From the NCBI GenBank assembly GCA_021735165.1, contig JAIPHP010000001.1, forward strand, positions 23,510-87,509: a stretch of 64,000 nucleotides of DNA. The letters run 5' to 3'. Below are positions 9,471 to 19,280 of the stretch, in pieces. The notes below the pieces were generated by a model that was given only the letters and a program-made list of their open reading frames with translations, made no database searches and had not been told where the DNA came from. Within the stretch, counting starts at the first letter, position 1. Each line of letters begins with the position of its first letter. Source of the stretch: Candidatus Woesearchaeota archaeon (GTDB taxonomy: Archaea; Nanobdellota; Nanobdellia; Woesearchaeales; 21-14-0-10-32-9). Made by a program: the position numbers and the translations under genes.

Positions 9471-11030
9471 ATGAATCTCAAAAAAGAACTATCAAAATTC
9501 AAACCAGTGCAATTAGAAAGCAGATTTTCAGAACTTGAGAAATGGGAAAAAGAAGTCGTTTTGAAACTTGTACAGGTTTCTAAAATCACAAGCGAAATAT
9601 TCTTTGATCAAACATATTCAAAAAACAAAGAAGCATACATAAAAGTAATAGAAGAAGGAGACATAGACAAACTAAAATTCTTTGAATTCATGAAAGGACC
9701 ATTTAACAGAATAAAACATAATGAATCTTTTGTTTTTGGACATAAAAAGCCGTTAGGATCAAACTTTTATCCAGAAGATATGTCAAAAGACGAATTTGAA
9801 AAACACATAAAAGAACATCCAGAAGACAAAGAAAAATTCACATCAGAATACACACTAATAAGAAGAAACAAAAAAGGAGAACTAATAGCAATTCCTTACT
9901 CAGAAGCATACAATGAACAATTAAAAAAAGCATCAGACTTACTAAAAGAAACAGCAAACATTTCTAAGGACAAAACTCTAAAAAAATACTTATCACAGTT
10001 AAGCGAATCAATTCTAAAAAATGATTACTTCCAATCAGACTGTGCTTGGATGGATTTGAATTCAAAACTCGAACCACTAATCGGACCATATGAAGTCTAC
10101 GAAGATGAATTATTCGGATACAAAGCAAGCTTTGAATCAGTAATATCTATTAAGGATAAAAAAGAAACAGAAAAATTAAAACACCTAGAAGAACTAATGT
10201 TAGAATTTGATTCATACCTTCCAATAAAAACACCATTTCCAAGAAAAGGAAAACACTCACCGACAATAGTTGTGAATGGAATACACTCAGGAGGAGACTG
10301 CAGAGCAGGAATACACTTTGTCGCATTTAACTTACCAAACGATGAAAAAGTAAGAGACTTAAAAGGATCAAAAAAAGTAATGTTCAAAAACATAATGGAA
10401 GCAAAATTTTATTATTGTTCCGAGCCAATATGCAAAGAAGTACTAAAAAAAGAACAACACAACCTTATAAGTTTTGACTCTTATTTTATGCACGTTGTTT
10501 TACATGAAATAAGTCATGGAATCGGACCAGGAAAGATATTTAATGACCAAAAAGAAACAACTGTAAACAAAGCACTAAAAGAAACATACTCAACAATAGA
10601 AGAACTAAAAGCAGACATTTGCGGAGTATACTCCTCTTTTTTGCTAGAAGAGAAAAAAATCATGACAAAAAAAGAAGTTAAAAAATTAATCGCATGTTTT
10701 TTAGCAATGACATACAGATCTTTAAGATTCGGATTAAATGAAGCACATGCAGGATCAAACCTAATAATATTAAATTACTTCAAAGAAAAAGGAAACCTTA
10801 TTTATGATAAAAAAGAAAATAATTACGCAGTGAACTTTGAATGTATAAAAGATACGGTAAAAGAATTAGTAACAGAAATTCTCACGATACAATCAAATGG
10901 AGACTACAAAAGAGCAAAACAATTCATGGCAAAATACAAAACTGTGAATGGAGAAATAAAAAATATGCTCAAAAAGATGAAACATATACCAACAGATATA
11001 AATATAAAATACGAATTAGATGAACAATGA
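9471..11030 (+). CDS. M49 (dipeptidyl-peptidase III)-like zinc metallopeptidase
   Basis: VLHEISHGIG (HExxH pentapeptide variant of HExxGH) followed about 40 aa later by EELKADICG, matching the EEcKAD second zinc-ligand motif of DPP III. Confidence 0.5.
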   Translation: MNLKKELSKFKPVQLESRFSELEKWEKEVVLKLVQVSKITSEIFFDQTYSKNKEAYIKVIEEGDIDKLKFFEFMKGPFNRIKHNESFVFGHKKPLGSNFYPEDMSKDEFEKHIKEHPEDKEKFTSEYTLIRRNKKGELIAIPYSEAYNEQLKKASDLLKETANISKDKTLKKYLSQLSESILKNDYFQSDCAWMDLNSKLEPLIGPYEVYEDELFGYKASFESVISIKDKKETEKLKHLEELMLEFDSYLPIKTPFPRKGKHSPTIVVNGIHSGGDCRAGIHFVAFNLPNDEKVRDLKGSKKVMFKNIMEAKFYYCSEPICKEVLKKEQHNLISFDSYFMHVVLHEISHGIGPGKIFNDQKETTVNKALKETYSTIEELKADICGVYSSFLLEEKKIMTKKEVKKLIACFLAMTYRSLRFGLNEAHAGSNLIILNYFKEKGNLIYDKKENNYAVNFECIKDTVKELVTEILTIQSNGDYKRAKQFMAKYKTVNGEIKNMLKKMKHIPTDINIKYELDEQ

Positions 11031-11620
11031 AAATACTAATATTCACAGATTTACATGCCCAATTTCAATACATAGAAGAATTAAAAGAAAAAGCAAAAGA
11101 TGTCGACTTAATAATAAGCCCTGGAGACCATACATTATTTGGAGAAGGAACAAAAGAATTCTTTGACTTTCTTGAAGCACAAAACAAACCTTGTTTAATA
11201 CTGCATGGAAACCACGAATCAAGCAAAGAAACAAAAGAACAGTGCGAAAAACACAAAAACATAGAATTCATACACAAAAAATACATGCACTACAACAACA
11301 TCTTATTCATAGGTCACGGCGGAGGAGGATTCACCTCTCGCTATCCAAGCTTTGAAAAATTAAGCAAAGAATTCTCAGATGCAATGAAAACAGCTAAAAA
11401 AACAATACTGATAACGCACGCACCACCAATAAACACGAAATTAGACTTAGTGCCCGGAGTAGGACATGTAGGATCTGAAAGTTATAGAGAATTCATAGAA
11501 ATAAATCAACCAAACATATGTGTTTGCGGACACATACATGAAGGCTTTGAAAAAGAAGACAAAATAGGAAAAACAAGAATAATAAATCCCGGACCAAAAG
11601 GAAAAATAATAGAAATCTAA
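11027..11620 (+). CDS. calcineurin-like metallophosphoesterase (YfcE-type)
   Basis: DLHAQ, GDHTLFG, GNHES, GHGGGG, ITHAPP, CGHIHEG motifs; start overlaps previous stop (ATGA). Confidence 0.85.
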   Translation: MKILIFTDLHAQFQYIEELKEKAKDVDLIISPGDHTLFGEGTKEFFDFLEAQNKPCLILHGNHESSKETKEQCEKHKNIEFIHKKYMHYNNILFIGHGGGGFTSRYPSFEKLSKEFSDAMKTAKKTILITHAPPINTKLDLVPGVGHVGSESYREFIEINQPNICVCGHIHEGFEKEDKIGKTRIINPGPKGKIIEI

Positions 11621-12357
11621 GCTCTTAAAAGCTTAATAAAACCTCCATATTTATCTTTTGCAAATTCAACAAACGAATCTTCATCCTGAATATGTTCTTC
11701 AGAAGGAAAATAAACACTCACAATATTCATGCGATTTTTTTTACTAGTATAAAACTTTCCAACAGCATTACACGTAGGTCCTTGGCAACGGATAGGCAAT
11801 AATCCAATTAGCATATTAAAGTTTTTTGAAGCAATTTCGTCCAAAATCATTTTATATTCTCCCGCACAACCAGGATCTAATAAATATTTTTTTGCAAAAT
11901 GTTCTCTGTATTTGCTTTCAAGAAAAAAACAATCAGAGCCAGATGCCAATAAATTATCAGGCGTTAAATTAAATTCGTTTAACGCACTCAAAAAATCTCC
12001 TGTGGCCAGTCCAAATTCAATACTTTTCAAAACAACATTTTTTGTTTTTTTAGATTCATCATCGCTTTTCATATACCAATTTTTATCACTCATTCTTGAA
12101 AAATCATCAACAAGATAAATAATTTTAGCTTCTTTGTTTAAATCTTTTGCAAAATGAACCAAATGCGCGCCTATTTCTAAAGTTTTTTTTGAAAAAATCC
12201 CAAAACTCCCCATTTCACAAGGATTAAAAGCCCCAACACCATATTCATTAATAGGATGATGCCCTGCAATTATTGCAATATTATTTCCCGTATTTCTCAC
12301 ATGTTGTTCTAAAGATTTTTTAACATCTTTCAAATTTGCCAATATTGTTTTATTCAT
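11617..12357 (-). CDS. hypothetical protein
   Basis: ORF; no confident family. Confidence 0.4.
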   Translation of the reverse strand: MNKTILANLKDVKKSLEQHVRNTGNNIAIIAGHHPINEYGVGAFNPCEMGSFGIFSKKTLEIGAHLVHFAKDLNKEAKIIYLVDDFSRMSDKNWYMKSDDESKKTKNVVLKSIEFGLATGDFLSALNEFNLTPDNLLASGSDCFFLESKYREHFAKKYLLDPGCAGEYKMILDEIASKNFNMLIGLLPIRCQGPTCNAVGKFYTSKKNRMNIVSVYFPSEEHIQDEDSFVEFAKDKYGGFIKLLRA

Positions 12358-12454
12358 AACTGCGAAGTAGTCTCATCCAATATATTAAATTAAGTATGGT
12401 TTTTTACTAAATAAGTGTAAAATTATTTAAAGAAAAACAAATATTTACTATTAA

Positions 12455-13420
12455 ATGAACTTAAAACTAGACAAAATCGATAAAAGAATATTATATGAAC
12501 TAGACAAAAATGCGAGAATACCAGATACAAAACTAGCAAGAATTGCAAAAAAAAGCAAAGAATCAATAAGATATAGAATAAAAAAATTACAAGAACAAAA
12601 CATAATAAAAGGATTTACAATTTGGGTAGATCCCACAAAACTCGGATATAATTCAGCAAAGATTTATCTAAAATTAGCAAACAAACCAGAAAAAAAGAAA
12701 GAAATGATTAACGAATTAAAAAAAGAAAAAAAATTATTTTGGCTTGGAACCGCCGATGGCGCATGGGATTTAGGACTAACATACTTTGTAAAAAACAACA
12801 GAGAATTCTATGAAACAAAAAATAAACTTTTTTCAAAATACAAAGACATAATAATAGAAACCCGCACAGCAGTACTTGTAAGCGTACACTACTCAAACAA
12901 AACATATTTTTATAACACCCAAAACGAATGGAACACAATTTTTGAAAAACAGGAAAACATAATTATTGAAGAAATAGAAAAGAAAATACTAAATGAACTA
13001 TTTCAAAACTCAAGAATAAACATAACAGAAATAGCAAGAAAACACAACAGCACAACAGACATAATAAGAAACAGAATAAAAAAATTAGAAAAACAAAAAA
13101 TAATATCAAGATACAACGCAATAATAGATCACAACAACCTCGGATATGAATTCTTTAAAACGTTTCTCTATTTCAAAAACTTAAGCCAGAAAGATGAAAC
13201 CAAATTAATGGAATATTCACTACAAAACGAAAAAATAATTCACCTCGTAAAACAAATAAGTCCTTGGGATGTAGAACTAGAAATAATGTGTGAAAACTAC
13301 TTAGAATACAACCAAATAATATCAGAACTAACACAAGAATTCGCAGAAGTAATAAATAAAATTGAAACTGCAATAATGCATGAAGACCACATATTTCCAA
13401 GCAAAAAAATAATATTTTAA
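12455..13420 (+). CDS. tandem Lrp/AsnC-family transcriptional regulator (two HTH-AsnC plus RAM-like units)
   Basis: two copies of the Lrp HTH pattern (DKIDKRILYELDKNARIPDTKLARIAK... and EKKILNELFQNSRINITEIARKH...) each followed by a small ligand-binding-like region. Confidence 0.7.
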   Translation: MNLKLDKIDKRILYELDKNARIPDTKLARIAKKSKESIRYRIKKLQEQNIIKGFTIWVDPTKLGYNSAKIYLKLANKPEKKKEMINELKKEKKLFWLGTADGAWDLGLTYFVKNNREFYETKNKLFSKYKDIIIETRTAVLVSVHYSNKTYFYNTQNEWNTIFEKQENIIIEEIEKKILNELFQNSRINITEIARKHNSTTDIIRNRIKKLEKQKIISRYNAIIDHNNLGYEFFKTFLYFKNLSQKDETKLMEYSLQNEKIIHLVKQISPWDVELEIMCENYLEYNQIISELTQEFAEVINKIETAIMHEDHIFPSKKIIF

Positions 13421-13449
13421 CACAATAACCAATAACACAACAGCAATTT

Positions 13450-13641
13450 TTAAGTTGCTTTCCAAACAACCGCATCTTCAACAAAAGAATTTTCTAACTC
13501 AAAATGCTCTTCTTCCAAATGATCTTGAAAACCATCACCGTCATGATCATGATCTTGACTAGAATGACCTAATTCGGTGTCACAAGCAACAGCAAAAAAC
13601 AAAACAAAAAACAAAACAAAAACTAAAAAAATTCTCATAAT
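13450..13641 (-). CDS. small secreted His/Asp-rich protein (putative metal-binding)
   Basis: start taken at internal Met (MRIFLVFVLFFVLFFAVAC signal/lipobox-like), mature part HSSQDHDHDGDGFQDHLEEEHFELE; directly downstream of the ZIP transporter. Confidence 0.4.
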   Translation of the reverse strand: MMRIFLVFVLFFVLFFAVACDTELGHSSQDHDHDGDGFQDHLEEEHFELENSFVEDAVVWKAT

Positions 13642-13652
13642 ATCAAACCTCC

Positions 13653-14438
13653 TTAATGAATATGCCCTGGACCAAATAAAGTTATTAAAATTATAATGCA
13701 AATACCTGCAAATATTGCTAGCAAATGAATAAAAGTATCTTTTAACTTGCAGTGCCTATGTAATTCAGGCAAAAGATTGGCAGACGCAATATACAAAAAA
13801 TTACCTGCTGCAAAAGGCAAGATAAATTGCGTAAACCCCTCTAATTTAGTTACCAAAAATATTCCGACAACAGTTCCTAAAATAGCAGATAAAGCAGATA
13901 AAAAATTAAACAATAAAGCTTTTTTCTTAGACATGCCCGAATAAAGCAAAACCCCAAAATCTGCTATTTCCTGAGGAATCTCATGAAATAATATAGATAT
14001 CGTCGCAGCAATCCCAACACTAGCATTAAAAGCAAATGAACCTGCAATAACAAGACCATCTAAAAAATTATGAATTCCATCACCGATTAAATTTATCGGA
14101 GCCAAATTATATGCATGACTATGACCAGATGCATTGCGTTCGCATTTTTTATCATGATGTGCATGAACAAATTTTTCAATAACAAACATCATAAAAAAAC
14201 CCAATAAGACATAAATTGCTAATCCCAAAGTGTACTTATCAGAAATTGCTTCTGGCAAAAAATTTATGAAAACTGTAGATAGCAAAACTCCAACTGACAA
14301 ACTTAACAAAAACAAAAGAACTTTCTTAGATATAGATTTTTTGACCAAAAAAGGAATAGCAACTAAGACAGATATTAAAGAAACTGAAATGGTTGCAAGT
14401 AAAGGATATAATACATTCATATAAATTGAGACAAGCAA
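13653..14438 (-). CDS. ZIP-family zinc/metal transporter (ZupT-like)
   Basis: HNFLDGLVIAGSF and HEIPQEIADFGVL motifs, 8 TM pattern, His-rich loop HAHHDKKCERNASGHSHA. Confidence 0.85.
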   Translation of the reverse strand: MLVSIYMNVLYPLLATISVSLISVLVAIPFLVKKSISKKVLLFLLSLSVGVLLSTVFINFLPEAISDKYTLGLAIYVLLGFFMMFVIEKFVHAHHDKKCERNASGHSHAYNLAPINLIGDGIHNFLDGLVIAGSFAFNASVGIAATISILFHEIPQEIADFGVLLYSGMSKKKALLFNFLSALSAILGTVVGIFLVTKLEGFTQFILPFAAGNFLYIASANLLPELHRHCKLKDTFIHLLAIFAGICIIILITLFGPGHIH

Positions 14439-14475
14439 AAATATTTATAAATGTTATTGATTTTCATTATCAATA

Positions 14476-14859
14476 ATGGGAAGAAAAAATAGAAATACAA
14501 AACAAAAAGAAAAAATACAAAAAGAAATAGCAAAAATAAACTCTTTTTTTAGCGCAGAAGAACTATATGAAAAAACGAAAAAGAAAAGCCCGGAAATAGG
14601 AATCGCTACAATATATAGATACTTAAAAGAAGCAAAAGAAAAAGGAGAACTATACACATACTCTTGCGACAGAAAAAACATTTACTCAAAAGGAAAAAAA
14701 AGCCATTGTCATTTTGAATGCGAAAAAACAGGAAAAATAATACACTTTGAACTAGACAACATAGAATTTTTAAAAAACAAAATACCCGGAACAATAACAA
14801 GTTTTCAATTAGAAGTTAAAGGAATCTGCAAAAAATGCGAAATCCCTAAAAAAAATTAA
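14476..14859 (+). CDS. Fur-family metalloregulator (Zur-like)
   Basis: N-terminal winged-helix, C-terminal HCHFECEK...CKKCE metal-binding Cys/His pairs; divergent from the ZIP transporter. Confidence 0.7.
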   Translation: MGRKNRNTKQKEKIQKEIAKINSFFSAEELYEKTKKKSPEIGIATIYRYLKEAKEKGELYTYSCDRKNIYSKGKKSHCHFECEKTGKIIHFELDNIEFLKNKIPGTITSFQLEVKGICKKCEIPKKN

Positions 14860-16091
14860 CAACCACCACCACGATCCTCATCCTTAGAACCATCATCAAC
14901 ATTTTCCTTCCAAAAATCAATTTCATCCTCATCTTCATTAACAAAAATACCCTCTTCCTCGGCCAACATCTTATTATCTCGAGTTCTTTGTGCTCTAAGC
15001 TTCTTAGCCTCAACTTCATCTTTAATCTTTCTTCCGCTAAGACCAGTTTGAGGAGTTTTTCTCAAATAATCAATTGTTGTAAAATCAATTCCTGAATTTA
15101 TTAATTCATGCCATTTATTAAAATCAATCCAAGTCTTCCACATCCCATCAATCTTAAATTTCTTTTTAGCCAAAAAAACAACTCGTGAAGGAACATGCTC
15201 TGAAACAATTTCATAATCATCAAGACATTTAGCTAATTCCTTTGCAAAGTCTACAACTTCTTCGTGCCAAGGCATATTATCTTTCTTCAACCTCTCCATA
15301 GAAGCCCCAACAAACATATATCCTTTAACTTCCAAAAAATCAGGATCTCCCTGCTCTATCAACTTAGCATAATTTTCAGGCTCAACATCATTAACACCTT
15401 TCACAATAGTTAACCTAATACAAGTTCTGTCTTTTTTCTTTTTCAACTCATCCAAAGAACTAAGCATCCTCTCCCAATAATCGGAAAATAAAGGAACATC
15501 AATTTGTTTCAAAATATGTTTATTAGGAGCATCAATTGACAAATATAATTGAGTTACCGGATTCAAATCGCGAATCTGCTCCCAATACTGAGCATTAGTA
15601 ACTAAGAAAGTTGAAATGCCCTCTTTATTGAATATTTGCAAAAGCTCATTTATTTTTGGATAAATAATTGGCTCGCCAGTTAATGAAAGCGCTACATGCT
15701 TAACTTTTCTAGCCTGCTCCATTACAGCTTTAGAAACAACAGGATTGCCATTAAACCCCTCAATCAAAGAATTATGCGCCTTAATAGAACCATTAAAAAT
15801 AAATTTAGGATCATTAACTTCCCACTTCCAATCCTTACTAACAGGAGCCTTATAATCCCTCCAACAAAACTGACAACGATTCGCACAACTAATGCTTGTC
15901 GTCATCTGCATACATTGATGACTCATTATTCCGTAGAACTTCAACTTATAACAGCCACCTTCTCCTTTCAACAACTTCTTAGTCCAACCACAAGTCTTAA
16001 CAGCACTGTGCGTGCCAACCATCCTATACTGTTGCTTTTCCATTCTTTCAATATCTAAAGGAGACATCATTGAATTTTCCATAACAAACAA
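14856..16091 (-). CDS. taw1: radical SAM tRNA 4-demethylwyosine synthase Taw1/TYW1
   Basis: CANRCQFCW radical-SAM cluster motif preceded by MSHQCMQMTT, overall TYW1 architecture; acidic C-terminal tail. Confidence 0.8.
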   Translation of the reverse strand: MFVMENSMMSPLDIERMEKQQYRMVGTHSAVKTCGWTKKLLKGEGGCYKLKFYGIMSHQCMQMTTSISCANRCQFCWRDYKAPVSKDWKWEVNDPKFIFNGSIKAHNSLIEGFNGNPVVSKAVMEQARKVKHVALSLTGEPIIYPKINELLQIFNKEGISTFLVTNAQYWEQIRDLNPVTQLYLSIDAPNKHILKQIDVPLFSDYWERMLSSLDELKKKKDRTCIRLTIVKGVNDVEPENYAKLIEQGDPDFLEVKGYMFVGASMERLKKDNMPWHEEVVDFAKELAKCLDDYEIVSEHVPSRVVFLAKKKFKIDGMWKTWIDFNKWHELINSGIDFTTIDYLRKTPQTGLSGRKIKDEVEAKKLRAQRTRDNKMLAEEEGIFVNEDEDEIDFWKENVDDGSKDEDRGGGC

Positions 16092-16322
16092 GAATTAAGT
16101 TCTCATTAAAAAAGGTTACTCATTATGCAGCCAATTTATCCATAGGAAAATATTCTTTTATTATCTTCAGATATCCATACATAATTTTATCAGAACCATT
16201 TTTCAAGAGAAAGACGCATGACGGCCCAAAGTTGCGAAATCTAAGGGTTTCGGGCTGTTAATCACTATAAAGTGACAACGTGCCGAAACATTTATAAATA
16301 AAATAACATTACAAAAACTAAA

Positions 16323-17168
16323 ATGAAAGAATATCCCGTAGAAAAACCATCTAGCGCCCCTGCGACTGGAAGAATGCTCTATGAATTTGTAATGAAAAAT
16401 CTGAAAATACCTTCCTCTGTAAGCCATACTTTATGGTATGAAGGAGAAAAAGCAAAATTAAAAGAGCCAAGCAAATATGCGTTCAGAGGGCTTAACAAAG
16501 GATGGATAAACCTAAAAACAATTTCAGGAAATACAATAAAAGAAAACGAATTCGCAAAAAAAGAAAACGACGGAACATATTACTGTATGATTAATGAATA
16601 CAAATTACCAATATTTGTCTCAGATTTAACAGATAAATCCAGAAAAGAACTCGAAATACCAAAACATGCAAATCCAAGAGAAAAAGTTTTTAATCCAAAC
16701 TTCAAGAAATATGATTTATTAGATAAATTTACAAAATACAGTTCCGAACTAGCATCTTTATCTGTCCCAAAATCCATAAGTAGCTATTTTGCAGGTCTAA
16801 AAGGAAAAGTCAATTACTCAGAAAAAGATGTTGATGAGTTCTTAGATACAAGTCTCAGGGATCTAAGCAGTCCCGAAATGGCTCACATGCTCCACGGCAC
16901 ACACATTGCATGGTGCAGTCTTGCTTATATGAGAGATGAAGGAAATATGGCAGGAGACATACTCAATGAATTTTACGGACAAAACCCCGAAGATTTTTAC
17001 ATCAAAGATATTGGAAGCATACTACCCACAATATTTTATATGAGTGCATTACTTGGAGAAAAAGATGCCGACAAATTAGTAAAAAAAATAGATACAGAAA
17101 TATGGGGCGCAAAGGAATCTGCTCATAACATAATGAGCAAAACACACAACATCGAAAAAATACTGTAA
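16323..17168 (+). CDS. hypothetical protein
   Basis: ORF only. Confidence 0.4.
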   Translation: MKEYPVEKPSSAPATGRMLYEFVMKNLKIPSSVSHTLWYEGEKAKLKEPSKYAFRGLNKGWINLKTISGNTIKENEFAKKENDGTYYCMINEYKLPIFVSDLTDKSRKELEIPKHANPREKVFNPNFKKYDLLDKFTKYSSELASLSVPKSISSYFAGLKGKVNYSEKDVDEFLDTSLRDLSSPEMAHMLHGTHIAWCSLAYMRDEGNMAGDILNEFYGQNPEDFYIKDIGSILPTIFYMSALLGEKDADKLVKKIDTEIWGAKESAHNIMSKTHNIEKIL

Positions 17169-17197
17169 AAAATAAACACAACAAAAAAGGTATCGAA

Positions 17198-17719
17198 ATG
17201 AGCTTAAAACAAGATACAAAACAACTGTTCGTTGATTATTACAAAGCTTACGATCCGGAAAATGGAGAAGAAAAAGCAAACAAAATCATAAAACAAGGAA
17301 AAAACATCAGCGATGCAGTAAATCAAAAAGCTTTTGATATGATATTTACACCAACAGGATTCTTTGTTGGAGGTTATATTGCTCTAACCGTAGCTGCAAA
17401 CGCAATTTACATACCAATTCAAACAGGAATAGAACTTCTTCAAACAAGAGACGTAAAAACGATAAATGCAAAATTAACAGAACTCAAACACTTCAAAACA
17501 GGCAGAGTCGGAGACGTATACACAGGAGAATTCACAACAGAAAACGGTCAAAAAATAGTATTATACGATCAACCTCAATTCTTTGAAGGTAAACTCTGGG
17601 GAAACAACAAACTATCAAAACTAGAAGAAGGAAAAGAATACACAGTAAAAATTTCTAAGAACAATTATGCTGGAATTTTTGAAATGAATAATCTCTTAGA
17701 CGCAAAAAAAACAAATTAA
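17198..17719 (+). CDS. hypothetical protein
   Basis: ORF only. Confidence 0.4.
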   Translation: MSLKQDTKQLFVDYYKAYDPENGEEKANKIIKQGKNISDAVNQKAFDMIFTPTGFFVGGYIALTVAANAIYIPIQTGIELLQTRDVKTINAKLTELKHFKTGRVGDVYTGEFTTENGQKIVLYDQPQFFEGKLWGNNKLSKLEEGKEYTVKISKNNYAGIFEMNNLLDAKKTN

Positions 17720-17743
17720 ACCCCCTTTGCTAGCGCGCAATAA
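17719..17743 (+). repeat. 3'-end fragment of the PATE-like repeat family (AACCCCCTTTGCTAGCGCGCAATAA)
   Basis: matches the conserved 3' terminus of the elements at 20150, 26495 and 45897. Confidence 0.6.
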
Positions 17744-17991
17744 CAAATATTCTCGTAGATGGTTATTTGTAGTATCAAACAGAAACCTACAAGCAAAATA
17801 CAAAAAATATGGCTTGACCACCCAAAGAAAACAAGTGTTAAAAACAATAGAAAAATTGCTAGAAAACACGCACCCAAAAAAACTGAGTGTAAATTCAGTT
17901 TTCACGGCTAAAAAAATGCTTAATAAGTCACAAAAATAAGTCGCTGTATATAACATACACTATGTAACAAATAAGAGGGTATTGACTAACA

Positions 17992-18765
17992 TTAATTCTT
18001 TTTTAATTTGTCTTTTTCAACTTTAAACTTAAAATGTAAGCTAAGTGTTTGCATAACTTCTTGAAAACTAACTTCTTCAACCAAGAGAGGAAGCATATCT
18101 TCATTCCAACGCTTATGCAAAGTCTTCGCTTTATTAAACATCTTCAAGATGCTAGGGTCATCACCAGACTCCTTGCATTTTTTCTTAACTAATTTCATGT
18201 TTATGGGTAGTTTATGTTTAATGATTTGATAAATATCATAATGATCTCTAGGTTTATTCCTACCAATTGCAGCAGCAACTTTTTCAGCAACCATCTCCTC
18301 GCGGTTCAGACAAGGGAAACTAAACTTGGGGATGTTTGGATAAAAATGTTTCATTTCTAACATTTCTGGTTTTAAAAATAATTTGCCTCTTGCATTAAGA
18401 TCGATAAAGATTTGATCATCCCCAAGAATTGATTTGTAAGGAACAACTAATCTGACAAACTTATCAACATCTTTATCTTGAGTAATTGTTCCGAATAATT
18501 TAGATTCAGCAATAATTTTCTCTACTTCTGTTCGAACTTCTTTCAAAGGTCGTTCAAGAGTAAAATCAATATCTTCACTAATACGAGCATGATCTAAAAG
18601 AGTCAACTGCAAAGCAGTACCTCCTTTAAAATAAATTCCGCTAATATCTTTCATTAAGTAAAGCAGGATTGTGATGTAGTAATCTTTGACCAATAGATCA
18701 TAGTCAAACCCAGTTTTAGCAATGATTTCAAGTAATTCATCTTTTCTTATTTCTTTGACATCCAT
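17992..18765 (-). CDS. AbiEii/DUF1814 nucleotidyltransferase toxin (type IV TA / abortive infection)
   Basis: GIYFKGGTALQLTLLDHARISEDIDF is the hallmark nucleotidyltransferase motif of the AbiEii family. Confidence 0.75.
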   Translation of the reverse strand: MDVKEIRKDELLEIIAKTGFDYDLLVKDYYITILLYLMKDISGIYFKGGTALQLTLLDHARISEDIDFTLERPLKEVRTEVEKIIAESKLFGTITQDKDVDKFVRLVVPYKSILGDDQIFIDLNARGKLFLKPEMLEMKHFYPNIPKFSFPCLNREEMVAEKVAAAIGRNKPRDHYDIYQIIKHKLPINMKLVKKKCKESGDDPSILKMFNKAKTLHKRWNEDMLPLLVEEVSFQEVMQTLSLHFKFKVEKDKLKKN

Positions 18766-19244
18766 TTTTCTGATTCAACCTTTTTTAGGATTATAAAAGA
18801 GTGTCCGTCAATCTTTTTTTTGACTCCTTTTTTTAGAGCTTCTGCTCTGATTCTGTGAAAGACATATCTTTTATTCATTATTTTTGTTTTCCCATATTTG
18901 TTTGGCGAATATATGTCTACTTGCATAGGGACTTGGTCTGTAAGTTTCCAGTATTTTGCGGCATACCAACCGCCGATATAGTAATCTTCTCCATTCATTA
19001 TTTCATCAGCGACTATTAGAGGATTATCTGTCCACACATTATGTCTTGCTTTTATGGGTACAAGGAAGTATTTATCTTTGTTTAGCTTAATAATCCGGAA
19101 ATTTTTTCTTTGGTTGTAAATAAAATCATATAGTTGTTTCTCATTATCAAAGTGATTTCTAATATCATCTTTTGTAAAATAATACTTCTCTTGAAATTCA
19201 AGGTCTGAAATGACCCTTACCGCTCGTTCTGAAAGTCTAACCAT
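18747..19244 (-). CDS. AbiEi-like antitoxin/transcriptional regulator
   Basis: small upstream partner overlapping the toxin by 19 bp, classic AbiEi-AbiEii arrangement; weak sequence evidence alone. Confidence 0.55.
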   Translation of the reverse strand: MVRLSERAVRVISDLEFQEKYYFTKDDIRNHFDNEKQLYDFIYNQRKNFRIIKLNKDKYFLVPIKARHNVWTDNPLIVADEIMNGEDYYIGGWYAAKYWKLTDQVPMQVDIYSPNKYGKTKIMNKRYVFHRIRAEALKKGVKKKIDGHSFIILKKVESEKWMSKK

Positions 19245-19280
19245 TTTTGCATCACTAAATATTGTTTATATTCGAAATAA

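Noticed and set aside
11027-11620. Metallophosphoesterase as the Mre11 partner of the Rad50-like gene
   Set aside because: It is only 197 aa, of the YfcE type, lacks the Mre11 capping/dimerisation region, and lies 37 kb away in an unrelated operon.
16203-16427. 74-aa minus-strand ORF in the GC-rich island
   Set aside because: It overlaps the start of the 16323-17168 gene, has no start context, and has an odd composition. It is more likely non-coding.
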